Source of the DNA: the human T2T-CHM13v2.0 reference genome, Homo sapiens
DNA: 64,000 bases
Assembly: GCF_009914755.1 (NCBI RefSeq)
Contig: NC_060930.1
Reading direction: 5' to 3' (one strand)
Under the pieces are notes generated by a model that was not told where the DNA came from, made no database searches, and saw nothing but the letters and a program-made list of their open reading frames with translations. Numbering within the stretch: the stretch's first letter is position 1; every line of letters begins with the position of its first letter. This document shows, piece by piece, positions 14,060-29,664 of the stretch. Both the position numbers and the translations under genes were made by a program.

Positions 14060-14724
14060 TGTTAGAGTAAGTAGCTAGGCAGACATGAGCAGGGGAGGAA
14101 AGGCTCCCACCCAGGAATGTCAGGCGATCATCAGGTGATGGCCAGGCAGTTGTTAAACTGTTTCTCTAAAATAGTAATTGGTCACAGCTGGTGCCAGGGA
14201 ACGGCTCACTCTTGAAGCTAGTGATCAGCAGCTTCCTGATAAGGTCTCAAGAGTTGGGTGAGAAGGCTCAAGCATGTGCACTAAGAGGTAAAATGGTGGA
14301 ATTTAACTGGTATATGACCTTCCTCTAGGAATGCTCAACTGGTAAGGGAAAAGCGCCTCAAATGAGCATGGGCACAACTTCAGTAAACACACCACGCATG
14401 TGACCTCTGTGCATGTGGACAGCCTGCCCCGAGGGAAAAATCGAGGGAGGAGAAATGGAAACCCCAGAATCATGCCAATGTATAAAACTGCAAGTCAAGG
14501 GTTGGACAGAGGATTTGGGTCTCTCAAGTTGCCTGCTTGTCCCTCTTCCAAGTGCACTTTACTTCCTTTTGTTCCTGCTCTAGAACTTTTTAATAAACAT
14601 TCACTCCTCCTCTAAAACTTGCCTCAGTCTCTCCTTCTGCCTTATGCCCCTTGGCCACATTGCTTCCTCAAGGAGGCAAGAATTGAGTTTGCTGCAGACA
14701 TGTATGGATTCAGCACTGCTAACA
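14060..14724 (+). mobile_element. MER50-like ERV1 solo LTR inside the L1 5'UTR
   Basis: TGTTAGAGTAAGTAGCTAGGCAGACATGAGC..CTAACA; TATA and AATAAA present; exact 4-bp TSD GACC (14056-59, 14725-28). Confidence 0.88.
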
Positions 14725-14972
14725 GACCCATTATGGTTTCAAGCCTGACATACAGCACTGCCTAAAGATTTCACAGAGATGTTACTCCAGAAACAGAACC
14801 CATGCAGCATCCCATCAACATCTAAGCCTGGAGCAGCTTCAGCTGAGAGCCATTTTGAGAACCTAGATACCAGTGATCTACAGAAATGGCTGTTGCTGCT
14901 GCACTGCCTTGAGGAGGCAGAGAGGAGATTGTCATCCCACAAACCCCTGATAGGGTCCCTACTGCCCTGCTT

Positions 14973-15745
14973 TGGGCTGCTGTTGAGACTGAGATGTGAA
15001 TGAGCCATACTCCTCACAGCTGCTTGTTCACACTCCTTGCCTAAGAAGGATTTCGCTCTCTCTCGATCCAAGCCCAAGGCACCGTTTTGAGAGTTTAATG
15101 CTGGACTTCACCCCCCCTTCACCTTGGACTGAGTTTGGGCTAATGTAGCTGCATCTGTCACCCAGCCAAGAAGGGACAGGCTCCTTTACACATCTAGGAC
15201 AATAACAACTGACCTGCAGTGGCCTGCTGTGAGACCAAGATGCAAGTGGACTGCACACTCTGTAGTTTCTTGTTCATCCTGCCTACCTAGGAGAGGCCCC
15301 TCCCTTGTCTCAGGCCCAAGGTGTCATTTTGAGGGTTTAATCCTGGGTCACATCCCATCGTTGGGCTGAGTTCAAGTTGGCATGACTGCAGCCACCACCT
15401 GGCCAAGGAGGAACAAAGAAACTAGGCTCTCCTATCTAGAACAATACCCACCACACTATCATGGGCTACTGTGAGACTGAGACTTGAGTGAACCATACTG
15501 ACCACAGCATCTTACCCATGTTGCTCATCTAAGAGGGGCCCTGCCCTTTCTGTTCATAAACCCACAGTTTGCACCAATTTGAGGGTTTAACACTGGGCTG
15601 TGCCCCACCTTTGAGTTGAGTTTGAGCAAATGTGATTACAGCCACACTACCCAGCCAGGGAAGAGATGGGGAGACAAAGATTTCCTAAGCACACTTTGGA
15701 CAATAGCCACTACCCTGCTATGGGCAGCTGGGGGACTAGGGACTA
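14973..15745 (+). repeat. About three diverged ~245-bp tandem monomers in the L1 5'UTR
   Basis: Units start near 14973, 15221, 15463 and (partial) 15722, sharing ggctgctgtgagac..ttttgagrgtttaa..ctgagttt..ccagccaagg..gacaata. Confidence 0.8.
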
Positions 15746-16435
15746 GCCCACCCAACACATCACAGCTTTCAGCTACACCAGCATAGACTTCTTGGGTACC
15801 AGTGGGTGGCTACACCACTGCTACAACCATCACCCACACCAACTCAGCTGCCCAAGGGTCTAAGAACCAACCCACATACCTGGTCCACCTCTTCCACTTC
15901 TAGTTTCTAAGCAAGCCACCTGAAGATTCAAGAATCAGATCTCCAGGACCCTCTAACACTAGAGCCAGTGTAAACTGCTCTAGGGCCTTAAACAGGGCAT
16001 ATTTACCCCACTGCTGCCACCACCAGGGCCCAAAGATTAGCTCAGTTTACATCCAAGTCCTCCCCAAAAATTGCACCACTACTTGAATTAATAACTATAC
16101 CCTAAGCAACTGAGGAAATCACAGATACCACTGACTCTGTGTATTGCCAAAGAAGTAATGCAAAGATCACACTACCACAGGCACCCAAAGTCAAAGTCAA
16201 ACTACATTAATCAACAATATACATACAACCTCAGGGAAAATTTCTCCCCTACAAAAGTAATTTCAAAAAATTGGAACAAGCAACTGCTACATCAGATGCA
16301 CAGATATCAGTGGAAGACCACAGGAAACATGAAAAAGCAGGGAAATATGACACAACCAAAAGATAAAACAATTGTCTAGCAACATATCCCAATCAAAAAG
16401 AACTCCTAGAAATGTCAGATAAAGAATTCAAAATA

Positions 16436-18728
16436 GCTCTCCCTCTCCCTCTCCCTCTCCCTCTCCCTCTCCCTCTCCCTCTCCATCTCCGTCTCCCTCT
16501 CCCTCTCCCTCTCCCCTCTTTCCAAGGTCTCCCTCTGATGCCGAGCCGAAGCTGGACTGTACTGCTGCCATCTCGGCTCACTGCAACCTCCCTGCCTGAT
16601 TCTCCTGCCTCAGCCTGCCGAGTGCCTGCGATTGCAGGCGCGTGCCGCCACGCCTGGCTGGTTTTCGTATTTTTGGGTGGAGACGGGGTTTCGCTGTGTT
16701 GGCCGGGCTGGTCTCCAGCTCCTAACCGTGAGTGATCCGCCAGCCTCGGCCTCCCGAGGTGCCGGGATTGCAGACGGAGTCTCCTTCACTCAGTGCTCAA
16801 TGGTGCCCAGGCTGGAGTGCAGTGGCGTGATCTCGGCTAGCTACAACATCCACCTCCCAGCAGCCTGCCTTGGCCTCCCAAAGTGCCGAGATTGCAGCCT
16901 CTGCCCGGCCGCCACCCCGTCTGGGAAGTGAGGAGCGTCTCTGCCTGGCCGCCCATCGTCTGGGATGTGAGGAGCCCCTCTGCCTGGCTGCCCAGTCTGG
17001 AAAGTGAGGAGCATCTCTGCCCAGCCGCCATCCCATCTAGGAAGTGAGGAGCGCCTCTTCCCGGCCACCATCCCATCTAGGAAGTGAGGAGCGTCTCTGC
17101 CCGGCCACCCATCGTCTGAGATGTGGGGAGCGCCTCTGCCCTGTCGCCCCGTCCGGGATGTGAGGAGCGTCTCTGCCCGGCCACCCCGTCTGAGAAGTGA
17201 GGAGACCCTCTGCCTGGCAACCGCCCTGTCTGAGAAGTGAGGAGCCCCTCCGCCCAGCAGCCGCCCCATCTGAGAAGTGAGGAGCCCCTCCGCCCGGCAG
17301 CCACCCCGTCTGGGAAGTGAGGAGCGTCTCCACCTGGCAGCCACCCCGTCCGGGAGGGAGGTGGGGGGGTCAGCCCCCCGCCCGGCCAGCCGCCCCATCC
17401 GGGAGGGAGGTGGGGGGGTCAGCCCCCCGCCTGGCCAGCCGCCCCATCCGGGAGGTGAGGGGCGCCTCTGCCCGGCCGCCCCTACTGGGAAGTGAGGAGC
17501 CCCTCTGCCCGGCCAGCCGCCCCGTCCAGGAGGGAGGTGGGGGGGGTCAGCCCCCCACCTGGCCAGCCGCCCCGTCCAGGAGGGAGGTGGGGGGGTCCGC
17601 CCCCCGCCGGGCCAGCCGCCCCATCCGGGAGGTGAGGGGCGCCTCTGCCCGGCCGCCCCTACTGGGAAGTGAGGAGCCCCTCTGCCCGGCCAGCCGCCCC
17701 GTCCAGGAGGGAGGTGTGGGGGTCAGCCCCCCGCCCGGCCAGCCGCCCTATCTGGGAGGGAGGTGGGGGGGTCAGCCCCCTGCCCGGCCAGCCGCCCCAT
17801 CCGGGAGGTGAGGGGCGCCTCTGCCCGGCCGCCTCTACTGGGAAGTGAGGAGCCCCTCTGCCCGGCCAGCCGCCCCGTCCGGGAGGGAGGTGGGGGGGGT
17901 CAGCCCCCCGCCTGGCCAGCTGCCCCGTCCGGGAGGGGGGGGGGGTCAGCCTCCCGCCGGGCCAGCCGCCCCGTCCGGGAGGTGAGGGGCGCCTCTGCCC
18001 GGCCGCCCCTACTGGGAAGTGAGGAGCCCCTCTGCCCGGCCAGCCGCCCCGTCCGGGAGGGAGGTGGGGGGGTCAGCCCCCCACCTGGCCAGCCACCCCA
18101 TCCGGGAGGTGAGGGGCGCCTCTGCCTGGCCGCCCCTACTGGGAAGTGAGGAGCCCCTCTGCCCGGCCACCACCCCGTCTGGGAGGTGTACCCAACAGCT
18201 CATTGAGAACGGGCCATGATGACAATGGCAGTTTTGTGGAATAGAAAGGGGGGAAAGGTGGGGAAAAGATTGAGAAATCGGATGGTTGCCGTGTCTGTGT
18301 AGAAAGAGGTAGACATGGGAGACTTTTCATTTTGTTCTGTACTAAGAAAAATTCTTCTGCCTTGGGATCCTGTTGATCTGTGATCTTACCCCCAACCCTG
18401 TGCTCTCTGAAACATATGCTGTGTCCACTCAGGGTTAAATGGATTAAGGGTGGTGCAAGATGTGCTTTGTTAAACAGACGCTCGAAGGCAGCATGCTCGT
18501 TAAGAGTCATCACCACTCCCTAATCTCAAGTACCCAGGGACACAAACACTGCGGAAGGCCGCAGGGTCCTCTGCCTAGGAAAACCAGAGACCTTTGTTCA
18601 CTTGTTTATCTGCTGACCTTCCCTCCACTATTGTCCTGTGACCCTGCCAAATCCCCCTCTGCGAGAAACACCCAAGAATGATCAATAAAAAATAAATAAA
18701 TAAATAAATAAATAAAAAAGGAAAAAAA
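16436..18728 (+). mobile_element. Full-length SVA (SVA_D-like) inserted in L1 ORF1
   Basis: (CCCTCT)n hexamer, Alu-like segment, GC-rich VNTR, SINE-R ending gagaaacacccaagaatgatcaataaa, A-rich tail; TSD aaagaattcaaaa(t/c)a at 16421-16435 and 18729-18743. Confidence 0.97.
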
Positions 18729-21700
18729 AAAGAATTCAAAACATTGATTTTAAAGAATCCCAATGAGATGCAAGAGAAATCTAAAAAACAATACAAAGAA
18801 ACCAAAAATTCAATTCTGGATATGAATGAGAAATTTACCAAGGAGATAAATATCTTTAAAAACACACACAGCAATTCTGGAACTAGAAAATTCATTGAGG
18901 GAAATAAAAATACATTTTAAAGCTTCAATCATGGACTAGATAAAGCAGAAAAAAGACTATCAGAACTTGAAGATAGGTATTTTAAATAATCCAGTAAGAA
19001 AATAATAAAGTAAAAAATAAGAAAGAATAAACAAAGCCTTCTGGGATTATATAAAGTGACTGCAAGTACAAATTGTCAGTATTATCAAGGGGGAAGAGAG
19101 ATCAACAGTTTAATAAATCCATTTGAGAAAATAATTGATGGAAACTCGCCAACTCTATTAAGAGCATTAGACATCCAGATATGGGAGGCCTAGCAATCTT
19201 AAGAAAAATACATTACAGAAAGGAATTCACAAGAGTATATTATAATCTAAATGTCTAAAGTCAAAGTGAAAGAAAAAATTTTAAAATTAGCAAGAGAAAA
19301 ATGTCTAGTCACTTATAAAGGAAATTCCATCAGACTAACGGCAGACTTTCCAGCAGAAACGTTATAGGTCAGAAGAGGATGGACGGCATTTTCAAAGGGC
19401 TGAAAGAAAAAAAAACTGTTAGCTGAGAGTTTTATATCCTGCTTGAATAATCTTCAAAAATGAAAGAAAAATAAAGGCTTTCCCAGACAAGCAAGCACTG
19501 AGGGAATTTCTCACCATGAGACTGTCCCTACAGGAAATGCACGAAGGGTTATTAAACATAGAAAGAAAAGGTCAATTTTACTATCATGAAAACATATAGA
19601 AATATAAAATTCACAGCTCTTATGAAACAGTCATACAAAGGAGGAAGAGGCAGGAATCAAATGGCAACATGGCAGAATTCCATCAAACCACAAAGAAAAA
19701 AAGACAGAAATGGAAATAAACAAAGAATGTATAAAACAACTTGAAAAAAACAATATGACAGGAATAAAGCCTCACATATTAATATTAACCTTAAATGTAA
19801 ATGGCTTAAATGCTCCACTAAAAAGATACGAAGTAGCAGAATGAATATTAAAAAAAAAGATCCAACTATATGCTGCCTTCAAGAAACTCACCTTACCTAT
19901 AAAGATACGAAGACTGAAAGTGAATGAATGGAAAAAGGTATTTCATGCAAACAAAAACCAAAAGCAAACAGGAGTAGCTATACTTACATTAGAATAAATA
20001 GATTTTAAATCAAAAACAGTAAAAACAAAGATGTAGAAAGTCATTATATAATGATAAAGGGATCAATTCAGCCAACAATCTTAAATATGTATGCACCCAA
20101 CATTAGAGCACCCAAATTCACCAAACAAATATTACTAAACCTAAAGAAAGAGACAGACAGCAATGCAATAATAGTGGGTGACTTCAACCCCTCATTCACA
20201 GTACTAGACTGATTGTCAAGACAGAAAATTAAAAAGAAACATTGGACTTAAACTGAACTTTAGACCAAATGGACTTAATAGCCATTTATACAACATTCTA
20301 TCCAACAGCTGCAGAATACACATTCTGCAGAATATACATCAGCACATCAAATATTCTTCAAGATAGATTACCTCTTAGGCCATTAAACAATTCCTAACAA
20401 GTTTTAAAAAATCAAAATCATATAAATTATTTCCTCAGACCACAGTGGAATAAAGCCAGAAATCAACACCAAAAGGAAATTTGTAAACTAAGCAAATGCA
20501 TGAAAATTAAACAGTATGCTCTTAAACAATCACTGCATAAATGAAGAAATTCAGATGAAAATTTAAAACTTTTATTGAAACAAATGAAAATGAAAACACA
20601 GTGTATCAAATCCTGGGGATACAGAAAAAGCACTGCTAAGAGGGAAGTTTATAACATTAAATGCCTACATAAAAAGGTGAAATACTCACAAATGAACAAC
20701 ATATCATTGCACTTCAAGGAACTAGGAAAACAAGAACAAACTGAACCTAAAGTTAAAAGAAGAAAAGAAATAACAAAGATCAGAGCAGAACTAACTAAAA
20801 TAGAGACCAAAAAATTACAATCGATTAATGAAAGGAAAAGCTGATTCTCTGAAAAGATAAAATTGACAAATCACTAACTGGACTAACCAGGAAAAGAGAG
20901 GTAATCCAAATAAACACCATCAAAAATGAAAAAAGACATAAGTGATAGCATAGAAATACAAAAGATTATCAGAGACTATTATCAACAATACATTCATAAA
21001 CTAGACAACCTAGAGGAAATGGTTAAATTGGTGGAAATACACAGTCTCTCAAAATTGAACTAGGAAGAAATAAAACTCCTGTACAGAATAGTAATGCATA
21101 GTGAGATTGAATCAGAAATAAAAAAATCTCCCAACAACAACAACATAAAACCAGGACCAGATGGATTCATAGCCAAATTCTATCAAACATACAAAGAATA
21201 ACTACCAGTCCTCTTGAAACTATTCAAAAATAATCATGGAGGAGAGAATTCTCCGTAACTCATCCTGTGAGGCCAATGTCACCTTGATATTGAAACCAAA
21301 CAAGGACCCAAAAATCAAAACTACAGACAGATATCCCTGATGAACACAGATCCAAAAATTCTCAACAAAATACTAGCAAATTAAATCCAATATCACGTCA
21401 GAAACATAATACACCATAATTAGGTGGGATTTGTTCCAGGGATGCAAGGATGATTCAACATATACAAATTGGTAAATGTGGTACATCACATAAACAGATT
21501 AAGGACAAAAACAATATCATTATCTCAACAGACACAGAAAATGCATTCAATAAAATGCAATATCCTTCATGGTAAAAATCCTCAACAAACTAGGCATAGA
21601 AGGATCACATCTCACCATAATAAAGGCTATATACAACAAACACACAACCAACATGATACTTAATAGGAAAAAGTGGAAAGCATTTCCTCTAAGAACAAGT

Positions 21701-23254
21701 ACAAGACAAGAATCCCCACTTTTGCCACTGTTATTCAACATAGTACTGGAAATCCTTGCCAGAGCAAAAGACAAGGAAAAAAAATAAGACATCCAAATTG
21801 GAAAAGAGGAGGTAAAAGTATCCCTATTAGCTGATAATGTAATCTCATATCTAGAAAACCCTAAAAACTCCACTGAAAAACTCTTAAATTTGATAAATGT
21901 ATTCAGAAAAGTCTCAGGGTACAAAATTATCATACTGAAATTAGTAGTGTTTTTATACACCAATAACAATCTAGCCAAGGACCAAATCATAAAGGCAATT
22001 CCATTTATTATAGCATCAAAAAAAAAAAAAAAAACCTAGGAGTATTTTTAACCAAGAAGGTGAAAGAGCTCTATAAAATAACTGCAAACACGAATTAAAG
22101 AAATCATAGGTGGCACAAACAAATGGAAAAACATTCCATGCTCATAAATTGGAAGAAACCAATATTGTTAAAATGGCCATACTACCCAAAGCAATTTGCA
22201 GATTCAATGCAATCCCTATCAAATTACCAGTCATTTTTCCAGAATTAGAAAAAAAAAATCATAAAATTTATATGCAACCAAAAAAAGACCCCAAATAGCC
22301 AAAGCAATCCTGAGAAAAAAGAATACAGCTGGAGGCATCACATTAGCTGACTTCTAATTATACTATGAGGTACTGGTATAAAAATAGACACATAGATCAA
22401 TGAACAGAATAGAGAACCCGGAAATAAAACCCCATACTTACAACTAACCGATCTTAAACAAAGTCAACAAAAATATACACTGGGGAAATGACACTCTATT
22501 CAATAAATGGTCCTGGGAAAACTAGTTAGCCAATGCAGAAGAATGAAAAAGTCAAAAATCTATAGATATTGGTAAGAATGCAGAGAAAAGGGAATGCTTT
22601 TACACTGTTCATGGGAATGCAAATTACTACAACCATTATGGAAAACAATGTGGAGATTTCTCAGAAAACTAAAACTAGAACCACCATTTGATCCAGCAAT
22701 ATCACCACTGGATATATACCCAAAGGGAAATAAAACATTATATTAAAAAGATACCTGCATTTGTATATTTATCATGGCACTATTCCACAAAGCAAAGACA
22801 TAGAATCAACCTAAGTGTCCATCAATGAAAGACTGGATAAAGAAAATGTGGTGTACATATATGTATACTATGGAATACTACTCAGCCATAAAAAAGAGAA
22901 TAAAATCATGCCTTCTGCAGCAACACAGAAGGAACTGGAGGCAATTATTTTAAGTGAAACAACTCAGACACAGAAAGGCAGATACTGTATGTTTACACCT
23001 ATAAGTGGGAGCTAAACAAAGGGTACATGTGAATATACAGAGTGGAATAATAGACATTGGAGACTATAAAAGCTGGGAAAATGGGAGGGGAGGTTTGAGG
23101 GCTGAAAAGTTACCTATTGGGTGCAATGTTCACTATTCAAATGATGTGTACCTTATAAGCCCAGACTTCACCACTACGCAATACATGTGTATAAGAAATC
23201 TGCACTTGTAACCCCTAAATATATAACTATTTAAACAAGTTTAAAGCTGGAAGA

Positions 23255-23410
23255 TAATGTACTTAACGTTTAATCCAGTTCTCGATTTTACACATGGGTA
23301 AATTGTGGACCAGTGATTTGTCAAAGTTCATATAACTAGTTATAAAAAAAATCACGGGTACAACAGATTTCTTTTGGGTCACAATCTAATATTCTTTCTA
23401 TAAAATAACA
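23255..23410 (-). mobile_element. MIR remnant split by the L1 (other part ~13730-13760)
   Basis: catagaattataaagctagaag before the L1; attttacacatgggtaaattg..gtgatttgtcaaagttcatataactagt after it. Confidence 0.6.
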
Positions 23411-23629
23411 TTGCTGCCCTGATATTTTGGTGGTAGTGATGTCTGATTTAGTATTTGGTGTGAAGGCTTTATGTAATATTCTTTGATAATGCATTGACTA
23501 CTATATCATAAGATAATATGGTTTTTAGATCAAGCCCAATCACAAATTATACAAAATCTTCTTCAGTGGCTGGTAGTTCCTGGAATAAAGGGAGGTTTGT
23601 GTCGGTTAAAGAGATGGGGAGGTGCTCCA

Positions 23630-23996
23630 TGCCCTTCTTAGCTTGGACAGCTGTGACAAATTAGCATAGGCTGAGTGTGTTCGACAATAATAAATTATTT
23701 CTCACAGTTCAGGAGGCTCAGAAGTCCATGATCAAGGTGTCTGTTGATTCGGTTCTATTGATGGCTCTCTTCCTGATGTGCTGATGGCCATCTTCTCCTT
23801 GTATCCTCACAAGGAGGAGAGAGAAATCTCCTATCTCTTCCTCTTTTCCTAAGGGCATGAATCCTATCATGAGGGCTGCATTCTCACGACCTAATCTAAC
23901 CCCAATTACCTCCCAAAGATCCCACCTCCAAGTACTTTGGGGATTAGGATTTCCTCATATGAATTTTGGTGAGACACAAACATTCAGATCATAACT
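23630..23996 (-). mobile_element. MLT1A-type MaLR LTR
   Basis: tctcacagttcaggaggc..gatcaaggtg..acctaat..ctcccaaag..acacaaacattcagatcataac. Confidence 0.85.
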
Positions 23997-24159
23997 TTGC
24001 CCATGGAAAAAAAATTCCAGCATAGGCCAAATTCAGGGTCATGAGAGAGGAAAACGCTTAATGTACAAAAGGATTGCTAATGGTTACCAAGTTCATTCAT
24101 TCCTGTAAATGCATTGGCACTCTAACACCATGTACAAATGGCCAGAAATTCATAATGGG

Positions 24160-24847
<688 letters not shown>

Positions 24848-24924
24848 ATGGTCAATGGTCAGGAGAGCCTTCTTTTTTCATTTGTCAAAATGTTTAAGTT
24901 CAAACTTTTATAATTATGATTTTC

Positions 24925-25214
<290 letters not shown>

Positions 25215-25330
25215 GATTTTCTTTTTTTTTAAAAAATTGCTATTTACTCTTTTTTTTCTGAGTATGAAAGTAACATATGCTGTCTGCAAATGTGCTGAGA
25301 AACTGAAAATGAGGAAGGAAATACCACCAT

Positions 25331-25570
25331 GAGCAATATAGTGAGACTCCATCTCTAAAAAATAAAATTAGCTGGACATAGTGGTGCATGCCTGTAGTCC
25401 CGGCTACTCAGGAGGCTGAAGTAGGAGGATCTCTTGAGCTCAGGCGGTCGAGGTTGCAGTGAGCCATGATTGTGCCACTGAACTCCAGCCTGGGCGTAAG
25501 AGAGAGATTTCATCTCTTTAAAGAAAGAAGGAAGGAAGGAAAGAAGGAAGGAAGGAAGGAAGGACAGAAA
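25331..25570 (+). mobile_element. 5'-truncated AluJ with (GGAA)n tail
   Basis: Right arm with ggaggatctcttgagc and gagccatgat. Confidence 0.85.
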
Positions 25571-25806
25571 GAAAATAAAAATCAGCGGTAATCTCATCAC
25601 TCAAAGAAAGAAAATAATCCTAAAGTTAAGTATTTCTAATATTTTGGAATATGCATAGCATAAGTACATGTTCTTTTTTCCCCCAAATGACAAAATAATT
25701 CTCAGAGAGTTCAAATTAAATAAGTGTTTTATGGTAATTTAATTAACATTTCTTCATGCAATAACTAAAGTTATAGAATATAGAAATGCTCAAAATATAA
25801 CACTAA

Positions 25807-26100
25807 GGCTGGGCATGGTGGCTTATGCCTGTAATCCCAGCACTTTGGGATGCCCAGTGTAGGCAGATCTCTTGTGGCCAGGAGTTCAAGATCAGCCTGA
25901 CCAAGAGGGTGCAACCCCGTCTCTACTAAAAATACAAAAAAGTTAGCGGGCGTGGTGATGTGCACCTGTAATATCAGCTACTCAGGAGGTTGAGACATGA
26001 AAATTGCTTGAACCCCAGGAGGCAGAGGTTTCATTGAGCTGAGATTGCACCACTGCACTCCAACCTGGGTGACAGCATGAGAGAGAGAGACCCTGTCTCA
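25807..26100 (+). mobile_element. Alu (old S/Jb)
   Basis: Full dimer followed by (TA)-rich tail. Confidence 0.9.
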
Positions 26101-27276
26101 TATATATACATATTTCATATATATGAGATAAACACAGCATATGAACGTTTCTAGAATTTTATACTTGATTTTGGTGAGAGAAAATAAAAACAAAATATTT
26201 TTGTAGCCAACAGTTGGCTTTAGAAAGGAGACTGGAAATGTCAGGCATACTTACAGGACTGCATTTAATATTAAAGTGCTGTTGACCAGTCACTCCCAGA
26301 TTTAGGTTTAATGGCCACTTTTTCAATGTTTACTAGACAGATTTCTCACTAGTCAAGAGGTTTCCACCATACAAGTTATTAATGAAGTTTGCCAGTAGCA
26401 GGGTGCTCATTGTATTTAGATTAGCTGCTCCACTCTGAACATATTCTCAGAGATAGATGCTATCACACATCCTCTCTTAAACAATCCAAATGACTTCCAT
26501 TGGCTTAGATCCAGTTATTTCACCTCAAATAATCTTTGCACTCCTTAGAATACCTTTTAACAGACAGAATACAGTTTGCTTCAAATGAGATACCTTTTGA
26601 AAGGGTACAATCTAATTGAAACTGTCTTGAATGTCTTTATTCTAGGCAGCCTCTATTACAATATCTATTTTTACATACACTTTATTTTTCCCATTTTCAA
26701 GCTGATTAAAATTGTGAAGCATTAAGCAAAATTATTACACCTTTTGCTTTTCAATATTCTAGACAATTCAAATGATCAACTTATTTTTCAAAATTCATAA
26801 CAAGAAGGTGAAAATAAATTAATTTGTGTGTGCATATATTCTCTTCTTAAAAATGATAATACATCAGAATGCAGGACTGATGAAGTTCTGTATATTAAAA
26901 AAATGCAGATTTTTTTCAAAATATAAAAATATTCTTTTTCTCCCTTTCAGATATGGCTTCCTTCAGACTTTATTTTTAAAAAATATTAATTTAGGCTTTT
27001 CTTTACTGTCTTTACATTTTTAAGGTAGTGCGCTAAAATCACAAGCCATTGGTATTTATTGGATTCATTACTATGAAAGGACAGAATTCAGAATAATATA
27101 GTATAAAGTTTGGAATCAGGTTCCATTAGTCAGCTTCAGTCCTTACCCTGTTCTTTTTATAACACTTTCAACTTGACATCATTGATTCTCATCCTTTCTC
27201 ACTTTCCCTCCAGAGAGTCAACTCCCTCTTCCACGTTTATTTCTCCTTACAGCCCATTCCTTAAAAGGCTTAATCC

Positions 27277-27289
27277 ATATATATATATG

Positions 27290-27339
<50 letters not shown>

Positions 27340-27358
27340 CAAACATACATATGTATAT
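27277..27358. repeat. (TA)n(CA)n microsatellite
   Basis: Direct reading. Confidence 0.95.
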
Positions 27359-27720
27359 TGATTGTTGTGCAATTAACAAACACATGAATAAATTACCACT
27401 GTGAAAGATTAAAACCATACAGCACCATGTAGAATAGAATGCCTAAGTCACTCTCTCACTAGCCACAAGTTCGATTTTCTTAGCAGAGATGTGTCCTGTT
27501 AATAATCTAGGATGAAGATTTCTATCTTTTTTCTGTTATATACCTATACATGTATCACTTTAAATAAAAATGAAACCATGATGCATTCACTGTTCTGTGC
27601 CATGTATTTTCATTTAACAGTAAATTTTGGAGCTTGTTTCAGATTCTTACATGAGCCAGTCTCTCTTTTTTTAATTGTTATATACCATTCCATGGTATTT
27701 GACATTTGATATTTTATTTA

Positions 27721-28058
<338 letters not shown>

Positions 28059-28391
28059 ACTGTAACCAACTGCTCTACTGGAACCAACTGCTCTTTCTAG
28101 AATGAAGAATTATGGTTGGAGCAATGTTACAAAATACAACATGAAAAGCAAATCAACCTGAGAATAACAACTAAAATTGAAGGAAGTTCTGCAGAATCTA
28201 ATTCAAGGATGAAATCAAATGAACTGTATGACACAGGAAGGTGCTGGAGCAGTCTGAGCCCTAAAAAAGTCCCAAAACTAATAAACTAAAGGCTTCTTCT
28301 AGTGAAAAGACCAATATGGAGAACTTTGTAGGAATTGAATCAAATTTGAGAAGGACAGGATTAAAATAGGGGGACAGAAAGATGATCAAGG

Positions 28392-28595
28392 TAAGGGTTG
28401 TGCTAACTTTTACTGCAGAGACCAAGAGTAAATATTTCAGGCTGTGCTAGCCGAAGTCTCCATCACAACTACTCAGCTCTGAAATTGCAGCCTAAAAGCT
28501 GCTAAAGGCAATAGGTAAACCACTGGCTGTGGCTTCATTTTGATAAAACATTATTTACAAAGCAACTAGTGGGCCAGATTGTCCCATGGGTTACT
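28392..28595 (+). mobile_element. MER58A-like MITE
   Basis: gtaaatatttcaggct..caactactcagctctg..ttatttacaaa..gggccagatt. Confidence 0.7.
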
Positions 28596-28873
28596 GTGTT
28601 GGAAGGGAACAGACAAGACAGTTCTCAGGAAGTGTAAAGACATATATTGATTATTTTTAAAGTAATAAAAGTGGAAACTCTGAAGCGGTGAAGCTAAAAT
28701 TTCACTTGACCCAGTATTACCTCCTAAAAATACAAAAAAAAAAATCATCTCATTTTAAAACAAGGGAAAGAGGGAAAAAAATAATAAAAATGGAAGAAAG
28801 GATTGTGATCAAATTTTATAAAAAGTTATAAGATAATAAGAATAAAATACATAATAATATACATCTAGACTAT

Positions 28874-29664
<791 letters not shown>

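Larger units (their letters stand above)
13762..23241 (+). mobile_element. Near full-length inactive L1PB3/4-like LINE-1 with nested MER50 and SVA
   Basis: 5' caagatggctgactag; ORF1 remnants (NMKKQGNM, SDKEFKI); ORF2 from ~19755 with RT remnants ([30 protein letters not shown]); L1PB-type 3'UTR; TSD taaagct(a/g)gaaga at 13749-13761 and 23242-23254; ORF2 internal deletion near 22545. Confidence 0.92.

Noticed and set aside
16915-18190. Regularly spaced repeats resembling a CRISPR array
   Set aside because: SVA VNTR: no unique spacers, no cas genes, primate DNA.
16393-18895. Dense overlapping ORFs up to 185 aa
   Set aside because: All lie in the GC-rich SVA hexamer/Alu-like/VNTR/SINE-R or adjacent L1; stop-poor repeat, not genes.
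20575-23211. L1 ORF2 fragments as an active retrotransposon
   Set aside because: Many stops and frameshifts, an internal deletion, and ORF1 disrupted by the SVA.
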